Shown here piece after piece: positions 27,990 to 37,145 of a DNA stretch of 64,000 nt. Origin of the DNA: Gemmatimonadota bacterium (GTDB lineage: Bacteria > Gemmatimonadota > Gemmatimonadetes > Palauibacterales > Palauibacteraceae). How positions within the stretch are numbered: the first letter of the stretch is position 1; each line of letters starts with the position of its first letter. The stretch lies in the NCBI GenBank assembly GCA_049668445.1, contig JBATJK010000235.1, positions 15,714 through 79,713 on the forward strand. The letters are read 5' to 3'. The notes beneath the pieces were generated by a model, which saw nothing but the letters and a program-made list of their open reading frames with translations, made no database searches and was not told the DNA's origin. Position numbers and translations under genes: made by a program.

Positions 27990-30316
27990 GATTCCTCCGG
28001 CTCCTTCCCTGACCGGCTCATGCCGGGGAATCGCCAGGGCAAGAACCCGATCAGGAGCCACACGAGAGCGCCGGCCGCCGAGATCCCAGAGACCATGAAC
28101 CCGATCCGGAACTCGGCCGCGGAATAGCGGAAGGTCACCTCGTGAGTGCCCGCCGGCACGACGACGCCCCGGAACGCAGTATTGGTCCGCAGGATCTCGG
28201 TGGGCTGTCCGTCGATTCGGGCCCGCCAGGCCGGATAGTAGACTTCACTGAGAAACAGGAGCCCGGCCTGGCTGGCCTCCACCTGCAGGACGAGCTCGTT
28301 GGGCTCGTATCGCATGATCGTCGCCACCCCCGAGCCCGCCGCCGGAGCCACGTCACCCTCTACGATGGCAAGCTCGAGCGGATCGGCCTCGAGAATCCGG
28401 CGCAGGGCCTCAGCCGTGTCCGGTGTGGCCTCGACTCTTCGCGGGAAGAACGCGTGCGGAACGTCGCCCAGCACCCGGTAAGCCGAGCCTCGCGACCCCG
28501 TAGCCTCCAGAGCGAGAATCTCGGCTGACACGCCTGGCCCGGCCACGATGAAGCCCACATCGAGCAGCCCCAGGGCCGCCACCGTGCCCACGTTCTGCAT
28601 CCCCAATCCGCCCGTGAAGCGCTCGTACCATTCGAGTCGGAACTTCTGGATGCCGGTAACCGTGGGGATTCCATGGACGCTGAGCTCACTGGGCCCGTAG
28701 CCCGCCATTCCCGCCGGAGGGAAGGCCCTCTCGGCCAGGACGAGTTCCGAGCGCAGGTGCTCGATCACCGTATCGGAGGGAAAGACGGTCTCTGGATCCA
28801 CCGTCCGGAGGTAGCGGTCGTTCACGCGCCAGCCATCAGCGACCATGACAAGGAGGAGGAGGGCAACCACCCACTCCGGAGCGCGACGCATTCCCACCCC
28901 CCAGGCCGCGCCCAGGCCGCCTCCGACGCCCAGCAGGAGCATCCAGCCGTTCATCCGGAGCGGTCCCCCTGGATCCGCCGCCGCGGATCGGGTCCAGCCC
29001 ACCGGATACCATGCCGTTCGCACCCAGCGGAGCAGGCCCTCGGGTGAGAAGGCCGCGGCAAGACCGAGAAGGAGCAACGGCGAGGCCAGCAAGAAGACCC
29101 AGACCCACGGGATGCTGCCCACTCCCCTGCGAGCCTCCAGCACCTTCTGCCACCCCAGGCCGGCCAGGAGCGCGATCATGAGGCTCGCGGGACCCAGCAT
29201 CATCGATGGTGCTCGGAATTGCTTGACGAACGGAATGACCGAGTACGCCAGTCGATGCAGCGGCGTGGCCGCGCCCAGGGCGAAGAGAACGCAGGTGAGA
29301 GCGGTAATCGCGACGAAGGTCACCCTGCGATCGCTGCGGATCGCTGTCAGGGCGACGAGGGCCAGGGCCACTGGCACGGCGCCCAGGTACTCGGTGTGGA
29401 GCTTGAACGGGTTGCTTCCCCAATATGTCCCGAGCGATCCGATCAGGTCCGGAAGGATGAGGGCGGAAACCTCCTGCGGGGGAAGCGCCCACGACGATGC
29501 GAAGGCGTAGCCCGACTCCCCTGCCCCACCGCGCACGGCCACGTCCAGGATCTGGACGGTGGGCAGGAGCTGAGCCAACCCGACCAGACCCGCCACCGCG
29601 AAGCCCAGCGCCCACATGCCGACCAGGGGAACCGCTGTTCGCGCCCCCTCGTTCCTGGCTCGCTGCCCGATCCTCATCGCCGCGTACAGCGTGAGAGCGA
29701 GCGAGGAGTAGTACATGAGCTGGATATGGGGCGTAAAGATCTGCAGGGCGATCACGAGGCCAAGGGCGACGAACCACCGAGTGCGGCTCGACTCGAGGCC
29801 CCGTTCGAGACACATGAACGCCAGTGGAATCAGCGCCATCGCGAACATGCGGCCGTCGTGTCCCCCGTACAGTGTCGACACGACGAACCCCGTAAGCATG
29901 AACGCCAATCCGGTCACCGCTGACGGCATGCGCTCCAGTCGAATCGACCGGGCTGCCAGGTAGGCGAAAACACCCGAAAGGAACGTGTGCAATACGAATG
30001 TCCAGCCGATGGCCCGGTGCAGGGGCATGATCAGGTAGAGAAGACTCGTCGGATAGAACACCGGGCCGGGCAGGATCGCGAGGTAGGGTTGTCCCCCATA
30101 CACAAACGGATTCCACAACGGAAACCCTCGGCCGGACCGAATTTCGCCTACTCCGAACGAGCGCAGCTGGAAGCCCTCGTTGATCATGTCGTCGCCGTAC
30201 AGCATCGCGCCGGGATCGAAGATGAACCCGCGGTAGAACACCAGGGTCAGAAATCCGGCGACTGCAGCCGCAATCCATACGAATTGCCGTGTGCTCCAGC
30301 GCCCACCGCCGGTCAT
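27986..30316 (-). CDS. YfhO-family membrane glycosyltransferase (GT-C fold)
   Basis: ~776 aa polytopic. YfhO-like N-terminal region (FYRGFIFDPGAMLYGDDMINEGFQLRSF...FPLWNPFVYGGQPYLAILPG...) and a C-terminal periplasmic domain. ATG at 30316-30314 overlaps the stop of the upstream methyltransferase (ATGA). The longer ORF to 30439 is an over-extension. Confidence 0.72.
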   Translation of the reverse strand: MTGGGRWSTRQFVWIAAAVAGFLTLVFYRGFIFDPGAMLYGDDMINEGFQLRSFGVGEIRSGRGFPLWNPFVYGGQPYLAILPGPVFYPTSLLYLIMPLHRAIGWTFVLHTFLSGVFAYLAARSIRLERMPSAVTGLAFMLTGFVVSTLYGGHDGRMFAMALIPLAFMCLERGLESSRTRWFVALGLVIALQIFTPHIQLMYYSSLALTLYAAMRIGQRARNEGARTAVPLVGMWALGFAVAGLVGLAQLLPTVQILDVAVRGGAGESGYAFASSWALPPQEVSALILPDLIGSLGTYWGSNPFKLHTEYLGAVPVALALVALTAIRSDRRVTFVAITALTCVLFALGAATPLHRLAYSVIPFVKQFRAPSMMLGPASLMIALLAGLGWQKVLEARRGVGSIPWVWVFLLASPLLLLGLAAAFSPEGLLRWVRTAWYPVGWTRSAAADPGGPLRMNGWMLLLGVGGGLGAAWGVGMRRAPEWVVALLLLVMVADGWRVNDRYLRTVDPETVFPSDTVIEHLRSELVLAERAFPPAGMAGYGPSELSVHGIPTVTGIQKFRLEWYERFTGGLGMQNVGTVAALGLLDVGFIVAGPGVSAEILALEATGSRGSAYRVLGDVPHAFFPRRVEATPDTAEALRRILEADPLELAIVEGDVAPAAGSGVATIMRYEPNELVLQVEASQAGLLFLSEVYYPAWRARIDGQPTEILRTNTAFRGVVVPAGTHEVTFRYSAAEFRIGFMVSGISAAGALVWLLIGFLPWRFPGMSRSGKEPEES

Positions 30317-31077
30317 TCGCTGATCTCCAGGGCGTCGGACGGACGTGCCGGCCGCTCGAGGAAGAAGAACCACTGCGGCGATCCGGTTCTGAGGAAGCTC
30401 CGGCGCACCCCAGCAGGCATTCTGCGCATGGCTCCCCACACGGCACCCCAGCGCTCGCCCCAGGCCATGCGGATCAGGTCGTCAATGGCACGCTCTGTCA
30501 CGTCGTGGATGATAAAGCCCGCTGATCGCATGAGTCTCGTCAAGGGTCGATAGGTGAGGAACCGGATGTCGTCGTACGACCGCCCCCGGCGCGTGATGCG
30601 AAGGTAGGCCCCGGCTGACCCCTTCGGTAGCCAACTGAGAAACGGCAGCCGGTAGTGAGGCTCCACGATCGCGAAGCGGCTGCCCGCCGTAACGTAGGCC
30701 CGCCCACCCGGCCTCAGTACCCGATAGGTCTCGCGGAACAGTTCTCCCGCATCGGGAACGTGCTCGTACAGGTGGTTCAACATCACGAAGTCCAGGCTCT
30801 CCGAGGCGAAGGGGATGCGCAGAACATCTCCCCGGACCATGCGTTCCTTCTCGACTATGAATTCGCTGTCTATTTCCAGTCCATATATCGGGTTACCAGA
30901 CTCCACTTCAAGTGCCTTGCGAATAATTCCGGTTCCCGCGCCGAGGTCCGCCGCGCGGGCCGAGCCCGTCAGGTAGGGCGCGCACAGGTGGGCGATGACA
31001 CGGGCCTTTCGGAGGCGTCCCTCCCGATAGGCCTCGGTGGCCGTGAACCTTTCGTATCGATCAGTCCCGGCGCTCAC
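30313..31077 (-). CDS. Class I SAM-dependent methyltransferase
   Basis: Motif I DLGAGTGI; acidic post-I; Methyltransf_11/23-like (VMLNHLYEHVPD...VLRPGGRAYV). GTG start at 31077 is 14 nt after the GT4 stop. The longer ORF to 31191 would overlap GT4 by 130 nt. Confidence 0.72.
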   Translation of the reverse strand: MSAGTDRYERFTATEAYREGRLRKARVIAHLCAPYLTGSARAADLGAGTGIIRKALEVESGNPIYGLEIDSEFIVEKERMVRGDVLRIPFASESLDFVMLNHLYEHVPDAGELFRETYRVLRPGGRAYVTAGSRFAIVEPHYRLPFLSWLPKGSAGAYLRITRRGRSYDDIRFLTYRPLTRLMRSAGFIIHDVTERAIDDLIRMAWGERWGAVWGAMRRMPAGVRRSFLRTGSPQWFFFLERPARPSDALEISE

Positions 31078-32281
31078 GGCGTGCCTCCACGGCGGACGAA
31101 TACACGGCAGTCGTCTCCTCCAGGATTCGCTCCCACGAGAAGCGTGCCTCGGCTCGCCGTTTGCCCTGAGCCGCCACGCGGCGGGCTTCATCCGGATCGG
31201 AGATCACATCGAGAATTCGCCGCGCGAGGACCTCCGAATCCCCTGGATCCGATAACCACCCGGTCTCCCCGTCGATCACGATGTCGGGAATGCCCCCTGC
31301 TCGAGAGGCGACGACGGGGCGCTCATACGCCAGCGCCTCCAGAAGGACGACGCCAAGGCCCTCGGTGTCGCCACGCGAATCCACCACCGCGGGAAGGACG
31401 AAGATGTCCGACTCCGCATACTCCTGCGCGAGCCGCTCCGCCGTCACGAATCCGCGCATGTGGACATGATCCGCGACGCCCTCCAGCGCCGCCGTCCGCC
31501 GCACGCTGTCCTCTCGATTCCCCGAGCCGACGATCACCAGTTCCGCGTCCCGCGTGTGCCGGAGTCTGGCGAGGGCTCGAACCAGCACTTCGACACCTTT
31601 CCTCTCCACGAGCCGGCCGACGAACAGCAGCCGGACGGGATCAGTGGCACTGGAGAGGGCCGGGCGAATGCGGTCCGGTGACACGTCCGGGATCACCGCT
31701 GCATAGGGGACAACGGCCACGGAGCGATCCCACAGGCCCTGTACGGACCTCGCCGTCGAGGTGGAGATGGCCGTCACCGCGTCCGCGGACCGGATGCTCC
31801 ACTCGAGAAACGGACGGAGCCACGGGAGGCGCTGATCTACCCAATTCACCTCCACGCTGTAGAAGCTGCAGACCATCGCGGTCCGTCCCCTCGACGCCCG
31901 GCGCATGGAGGCCCCGAACAGGGCATGCGGCATGGGCCAGTGAACGTGCACCAGATCTGGTCCACCGCGCCCCAGGTCCGCGGCCGCGGCGCACCCTGCC
32001 GCGAGGTAGGACGGCACGAGCGCCGCCGATGCGGGGCGGTCGCGGATCCGATCAGGGACGGCCTGATCGTGTGTGAGTGTTTCCAGGAAACGGGGCGCGT
32101 ACCGGAAACGTCGCACGGGAACGCCTGAGGATTCCTCGTCCGGTCCACCTTTGTACGCGGGCGCCAGGACGCTGGCATCGATTCCAGCCTGGCGCTGACG
32201 TCGGACCAGCTCGACCAGCCAGGGGGTGATCGGATCATCACGATGCCTGGGAAAGGCCGTGGCTACATGAATGACCTTCAT
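31061..32281 (-). CDS. Glycosyltransferase family 4 (retaining, GT-B)
   Basis: 406 aa. N-terminal Glyco_transf_4-like domain (MKVIHVATAFP...) and C-terminal Glycos_transf_1 (EX7E: GDTEGLGVVLLEALAYERPVVASRAGGIPDIV). ATGA overlap with the upstream GT39 gene. Confidence 0.85.
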   Translation of the reverse strand: MKVIHVATAFPRHRDDPITPWLVELVRRQRQAGIDASVLAPAYKGGPDEESSGVPVRRFRYAPRFLETLTHDQAVPDRIRDRPASAALVPSYLAAGCAAAADLGRGGPDLVHVHWPMPHALFGASMRRASRGRTAMVCSFYSVEVNWVDQRLPWLRPFLEWSIRSADAVTAISTSTARSVQGLWDRSVAVVPYAAVIPDVSPDRIRPALSSATDPVRLLFVGRLVERKGVEVLVRALARLRHTRDAELVIVGSGNREDSVRRTAALEGVADHVHMRGFVTAERLAQEYAESDIFVLPAVVDSRGDTEGLGVVLLEALAYERPVVASRAGGIPDIVIDGETGWLSDPGDSEVLARRILDVISDPDEARRVAAQGKRRAEARFSWERILEETTAVYSSAVEARRERRD

Positions 32282-33882
32282 GGTTCGCCGGGCGCTGAAG
32301 CGGTCCGCGGGGCCGATAGCAGACGCAGGAGCGCCGTGCCTTCTTCTCCTCCCACCGTGTGTACGACCTCGAAGCGCTCCAGGTTGGCCGCGATGGCCGG
32401 AATCAGGTACATGGCCGTGGTGGCGCTCAGCCGGTCGACCAGCACGTAGTCCGCCCCCATCTCCTCGAGCCCCCGCAGCACGACGGAAGGATCCTGGGAG
32501 TAGGGATACAGGTCTCCCTGTCGACGAGAAAACAGGTAGAAGGTGGCGGGGCTGCGGTTGGCGATGACCGACCCCTCAGGGGTGTTCTCCGAGGCCCACC
32601 AGCCCATGGCATAGAACTCCCGGTACTGTGGACGGTCACACGGATGACCGTCCCGGTACGCGAACTGGCAGGCTACCCGGTACGACACGACAGATCCTGC
32701 CGAGTACAGGGCCATCGTGGCGACTCCGGCCACGACGAGTCCTATCGTCGCGTACCCGATCCTCCGCCCCATGGATTCGACGCCAGCCGCCGCTCCCGCC
32801 GCGCCGAACACAACGAGGAGTGGCAGGATGGGAAGGAGAAACCGACGGTCGGTCCACACCGGCGGCCACAGCAGGATGAGACCGACGTAGAACGCCACGA
32901 GGAGGTGGGCCACACTCACCCGATTGGCGGCCGACCGAAGCCAGCCGTAAAGGACCAGCGAACTCAAGAAGACTCCGGCGATGGCCGTGCCAGTGACCGT
33001 CGCCCTCCGAACGGTTGGGAACCCGAATGAGCCAGGCAACTCTGAGCTGACGTAGCGCCAGAGGTTCGTCGCCGCCCGCGCCGGAAAGTCCATCAAGCTG
33101 ACGGTTCCAGCGGCCGGGACGTAGGGGTTCTGCTGGATGAGCTGCTGCAGGTAACCCGGCTGCGAGGGCTGGGCCACGTGCTGATAGACGGCCCAACCTG
33201 CGACACAGAAGAGGGCCACCAGCAAGGCCGCCACGGCCCGCCGGCGATCCCGCGACAGGAGGGCCCACACCACCAGGGTGAGAAGCACGGACAGCCCGGC
33301 CGTGCGGGTGAAGAAGGCCGCGGCCGCAGCTGCCAGGGCCGCGGCTCCGACACGTCTGTCTCCCAGGGTGGCCGCGACGACGGCCAACAGGAGGAAAGTG
33401 AACGCCGCTTCGGACAACACCCGGTGGGAGAAATCCAACAGAACCGGCGCCATGGCAAACAGGCCGGCCGCCACGAACGCGGCCCGCTTTCCGACGAGCG
33501 ATTCGGCGATTCGATAGGTCAGCCACACCGAACCCGCGGCGAACGCCATCGAGGCCGCCTTGAACAGCTGCAGGCCACCGAACCAGCCTGCGATCGCCAG
33601 GATCAGGGGGTAGCCAGGCGGGAACTTCGCGTGCAGCGGCGAACCCGGCAGCTGGATGTCCCGGAAGCCCATCCCGCTGCGCAGCGACTCGCCGAGGACC
33701 ATGTAATGGCCCGCATCCGCCCCCGGGAAGAGCGTCGGCTCGAACACCAGTACGGCCAGGAGCACGTGGGCGGCGACGAGCACCGTTGGTGCGAGGATTC
33801 CCTCCGCTCCCGAGAGAGACGCAGCGTCCTCAGCCTTGAGATCCTTAGAGTCGGGCCCTCCGGCGGTGCCCCGGCCGATCAC
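32278..33882 (-). CDS. GT-C glycosyltransferase, family 39/83 type (PMT / ArnT-like; polyprenyl-phosphate-sugar dependent)
   Basis: 534 aa, ~11 TM helices then a ~150-aa C-terminal soluble domain. N-terminal loop with acidic/aromatic residues (HYMVLGESLRSGMGFRDIQLPGSPLHAKFPPGYPLILA), typical of PMT_2/ArnT. ATGA overlap with the GT2 upstream. Confidence 0.72.
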   Translation of the reverse strand: MIGRGTAGGPDSKDLKAEDAASLSGAEGILAPTVLVAAHVLLAVLVFEPTLFPGADAGHYMVLGESLRSGMGFRDIQLPGSPLHAKFPPGYPLILAIAGWFGGLQLFKAASMAFAAGSVWLTYRIAESLVGKRAAFVAAGLFAMAPVLLDFSHRVLSEAAFTFLLLAVVAATLGDRRVGAAALAAAAAAFFTRTAGLSVLLTLVVWALLSRDRRRAVAALLVALFCVAGWAVYQHVAQPSQPGYLQQLIQQNPYVPAAGTVSLMDFPARAATNLWRYVSSELPGSFGFPTVRRATVTGTAIAGVFLSSLVLYGWLRSAANRVSVAHLLVAFYVGLILLWPPVWTDRRFLLPILPLLVVFGAAGAAAGVESMGRRIGYATIGLVVAGVATMALYSAGSVVSYRVACQFAYRDGHPCDRPQYREFYAMGWWASENTPEGSVIANRSPATFYLFSRRQGDLYPYSQDPSVVLRGLEEMGADYVLVDRLSATTAMYLIPAIAANLERFEVVHTVGGEEGTALLRLLSAPRTASAPGEP

Positions 33883-34844
33883 CTTCTGAGCTCTCGGCGG
33901 AGATCCTCCACCTCGGCCCGGAGCCCCGCGATCAGTTCAGCCAGCAAACCTGCCACGAACAGCAAGCCTCCCAGAAGAACCAGAAAGACGACAAGGGTGA
34001 GAAGCGGTCTGAACCCCGTGCCCAACGCGTAGCGCAGAATCAGGGCCACGATTCCAACGAGCACCCCCACTCCAGCCACGAACAGACCGGTGAGTCCGAA
34101 GAAGAGCATCGGTTTGCGGCTGAACACCAGCTGGAACCACACGGAGATCAGGTCGAGCAGCCCGACCACCACCCTGCCCTGCCCGCTGTACTTGGACACG
34201 CCGTGGCGCCTGGGAAGCAGATCGATGTCGATCTCGCCGATCCGAAATCCCCGATCGTGCGCCAGGACAACGAGATAGCGGTGCCAATCCTCGCGGAGGT
34301 GAATCTCGTCCACCACCTCCCGCCGGAACGCCTTCATGGAGTTCAGGTCACGGACCGGCACCCGGAAGATCATGCGTGACAGGCCATTGTAGGCCCCCGA
34401 CACCATGCGCTTCGGGTAGTCTCCCACCTTGCGCCCCACCACCACATCGTGGTCCTCATCCAGCGCATCCAGGAAGCGGGGGATCTCGTCCGTGGCGTGC
34501 TGGAGATCGGCATCGAACAGCACGAATACGGGCGCGTCGGTGGACCTCACGGCCGTCACCAGGGCCGCCGTCTTCCCCCTGTTCACGCGATGTCGCAGGA
34601 AGAGGGTCCGATCCTCGATGCCCGAAGCGCTGGCCGCCGTTCGTGCCGCCTCGAGCGTCCCATCAGTCGAACCGTCGTCGACCAGGACGATTCTACCGTT
34701 CAGCTGAAAGCGTGAGAACGTCCCCGCCAGATCCTGAAACAGATCCGGCATGTTCTCCGCTTCGTTATAGGCCGGAACGATTACCGAGAAGCGTATGGAG
34801 GTCGGCGGGAGGGGGTCGGCGGGAGACAACCCGGACTCGGTCAT
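33879..34844 (-). CDS. GT2 polyprenyl-phosphate sugar synthase, GtrB/ArnC/CsbB type (two C-terminal TM helices)
   Basis: FSVIVPAYNEAENM...IVLVDDGSTDGT...DADLQH (DxD...D). C-terminal TM pair (MLFFGLTGLFVAGVGVLV...LLGGLLFVAGLL). ATG at 34844-34842 overlaps the rpoN stop 34843-34841 (ATGA). Confidence 0.85.
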   Translation of the reverse strand: MTESGLSPADPLPPTSIRFSVIVPAYNEAENMPDLFQDLAGTFSRFQLNGRIVLVDDGSTDGTLEAARTAASASGIEDRTLFLRHRVNRGKTAALVTAVRSTDAPVFVLFDADLQHATDEIPRFLDALDEDHDVVVGRKVGDYPKRMVSGAYNGLSRMIFRVPVRDLNSMKAFRREVVDEIHLREDWHRYLVVLAHDRGFRIGEIDIDLLPRRHGVSKYSGQGRVVVGLLDLISVWFQLVFSRKPMLFFGLTGLFVAGVGVLVGIVALILRYALGTGFRPLLTLVVFLVLLGGLLFVAGLLAELIAGLRAEVEDLRRELRR

Positions 34845-36280
34845 ACTCGCTTACGCATCCTCGCCGAGAGGATTCCGAGTTGATCCCTGTACTTCGCGAC
34901 TGTCCGCCGCGCGATCTGGACGCCCTCCTGCTTCAGGACGTCCACGATGGCCTGGTCGGTCAGGGGTTTCTTCGGATCTTCGTCGGCCACCAGCTTCTGA
35001 ATCCGGGCCCGGATACCCCGGGCGGATACGTCCTCGCCGTAGTCAGTCGACAGCCCGGAGGAGAAGAAGAACTTCAGAGGGAGCACCCCGCGTGGCGTCT
35101 GCACGAACTTGTCGTTCGTCACTCGCGACACGGTGGACTCGTGCATGTCGATGTGCTCCGCCACCTCGCGAAGGGTCAGGGGCCTCAGGTGCTCCACGCC
35201 CTTCTCGAAGAACTCGCGCTGACGGTCTACGATGAAGCCCATGACCTTGAGCATCGTCTGCCGTCGCTGCTCGATCGCCTGGATCATCCACTGAGCGCTG
35301 TTGAGCTTCTTGGAGATGAAGGCCTTGTTCTCTCCCTGGTACTGGTTCCGGTCCTGGGCCACCTCCCGGTAGGATCGCGAGAGCTTGAGGCGCGGCAACG
35401 ACGAGTCGTTGTGAAACACGAAGTACTCGCCATCGACCTTCTCGACCGCCAGGTCGGGAATGACGTAGTTGTCGCTCATGTCCGCGTACTTCAGACCGGG
35501 CTTCGGATCGAGCTTGGCGATCGAATCGGCAGCGCTCTGGACGTCCAGGGGAGAGATCCCGTGTTCCTTGGAAAGCTCGCTCCACCTGTGGTTCACCAGC
35601 TGCTCGAAATGGTCCTGGATGATTCGATAGGCCAGGCTATCGTCTTCCTTCCGCTCCCGCAGCTGGATCAGAAGCGTCTCGCGTAGATTCCGGGCACCGA
35701 CGCCCGAAGGATAGAAGCCCTGAATGACCCGGAGAACCGCTTCCGCCTCCTCGAGCGTGAAGGGCTCCATCTCCGCCCACAGTTCGGGCTCGCTCTCGGC
35801 CAACCACGTGTTGGCCGCTTCGACGACTTCCTCGAGGCTGCAGGCGAGAAACCCCTCGCGATCGATGTTGCCGATGATCTCCTCACCAAGGGCGAACTCA
35901 CGCGGTCCGAGCGTGAGGAGATTGAGCTGCTCGCGCAGGTGCTCCCAGAGATCGGGCGGAGCAGCCGGAGTGGGCATGTAGTGCTCTTTGTCTTCGAACT
36001 GGCTCCGTCTACCGCCTGCATCGAAGCCGTTCAGGAGGATCTCTTCCCAATCGACCTCGTCCTCGTCTTCTTCCTCTTCCTGCTTCTCTTCAGGAAGTTC
36101 CTCTTCCGCCATCTCGGTGAACTCGAGGAACGGATTGACCAGCACCTCCAGCTTCAGGTGCGCCTGCAGGTCCAGCAGAGGCATGTAGAGCAGATCCATC
36201 GCCTGGTAAAGGCGGGGATTGATCTTCAGCTCCTGCCGCATTCCGAGGCTCTGCGAGAGCCCTCGTCTAAAATCCGCCAT
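34841..36280 (-). CDS. rpoN: RNA polymerase sigma-54 factor
   Basis: 479 aa. Q/L-rich region I (MRQELKINPRLYQAMDLL), acidic region II, and C-terminal RpoN box (ARRTVAKYRDQLGI). Downstream of lptB as in most Gram-negatives. Confidence 0.9.
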   Translation of the reverse strand: MADFRRGLSQSLGMRQELKINPRLYQAMDLLYMPLLDLQAHLKLEVLVNPFLEFTEMAEEELPEEKQEEEEDEDEVDWEEILLNGFDAGGRRSQFEDKEHYMPTPAAPPDLWEHLREQLNLLTLGPREFALGEEIIGNIDREGFLACSLEEVVEAANTWLAESEPELWAEMEPFTLEEAEAVLRVIQGFYPSGVGARNLRETLLIQLRERKEDDSLAYRIIQDHFEQLVNHRWSELSKEHGISPLDVQSAADSIAKLDPKPGLKYADMSDNYVIPDLAVEKVDGEYFVFHNDSSLPRLKLSRSYREVAQDRNQYQGENKAFISKKLNSAQWMIQAIEQRRQTMLKVMGFIVDRQREFFEKGVEHLRPLTLREVAEHIDMHESTVSRVTNDKFVQTPRGVLPLKFFFSSGLSTDYGEDVSARGIRARIQKLVADEDPKKPLTDQAIVDVLKQEGVQIARRTVAKYRDQLGILSARMRKRV

Positions 36281-36413
36281 CTGCTACTCGACCACTCCGT
36301 TCAATCCGGTTCTGCGGCCGCACGGGCCGCACGCTGCATGTAAGATAGCGTACGCGGTACACACGGCACACCCCTTGCAGGACGGGCCGAGCGCCGCACC
36401 CCTGGTGTGGAGT

Positions 36414-37145
36414 TTAGAGCTCGAAATCGAGCCCCAGATACATCTTGCGGGCTTCCGGATCGTCAACGAGGGTTTGAGCCGGTCCCTCGATATGAATCTG
36501 GCCGTTGAACATCAGGTAGGCCCGGTCCGTGATCGAGAGAGTCTCGCGCACGTTGTGGTCCGTGATCAGCACGCCGAGGCCACGTTCCCTGAGCTCTGCG
36601 ACGATGCGCTGGATGTCATCCACCGCAATGGGGTCAACGCCGGCGAATGGCTCGTCGAGCAGCATGAACTTGGGGCGAGTGACCAGGGCCCGTGTGATCT
36701 CGAGTCTGCGTCGCTCACCACCTGACAACGAATCCGCCTTGCTCTTCCGCAGGTGGCCGATCGACAACTCGCCGAGCAGCTCGTCCAACCGGCTCTGACG
36801 CTCCGCGCGCGTCATGTCGAGCGTCTGCAGAATGGCCATGACATTCTGCTCGACCGTGAGACGCCGGAAGATCGAGGGCTCCTGGGAGAGGTAGCCGATA
36901 CCAGCTCGGGCACGGCGATACATGGGGACCCTGGTCAGTTCCTGCTGGTCGAGGTACACCCGGCCCGCGTTTGCGCCGAGCAATCCCACGATCATGTAGA
37001 AGGTGGTGGTCTTCCCCGCCCCGTTGGGTCCAAGCAACCCTACGATTTCACCCTGGTGGACCTCGAGGTCGACACCATCCACCACACGCCGTTTGCCGAA
37101 CGCCTTCACCAGCCCCTCGGCCCTCAAGACGCTCCTGGTGCTCAA
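36414..37145 (-). CDS. lptB: LPS export ABC transporter ATP-binding protein LptB
   Basis: Walker [10 protein letters not shown], signature [11 protein letters not shown], Walker B LLDEP. 243 aa. Adjacent to lptA/lptC and rpoN. Confidence 0.9.
   Translation of the reverse strand: MSTRSVLRAEGLVKAFGKRRVVDGVDLEVHQGEIVGLLGPNGAGKTTTFYMIVGLLGANAGRVYLDQQELTRVPMYRRARAGIGYLSQEPSIFRRLTVEQNVMAILQTLDMTRAERQSRLDELLGELSIGHLRKSKADSLSGGERRRLEITRALVTRPKFMLLDEPFAGVDPIAVDDIQRIVAELRERGLGVLITDHNVRETLSITDRAYLMFNGQIHIEGPAQTLVDDPEARKMYLGLDFEL

Noticed and set aside
31061-32281. GT4 glycosyltransferase as the missing BshA (bacillithiol glycosyltransferase)
   Set aside because: Only generic GT4 features are visible. 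It lies 19 kb from bshC, inside the glycosylation operon, on the opposite strand. It is more parsimonious as part of that locus, and the idea cannot be supported by eye.
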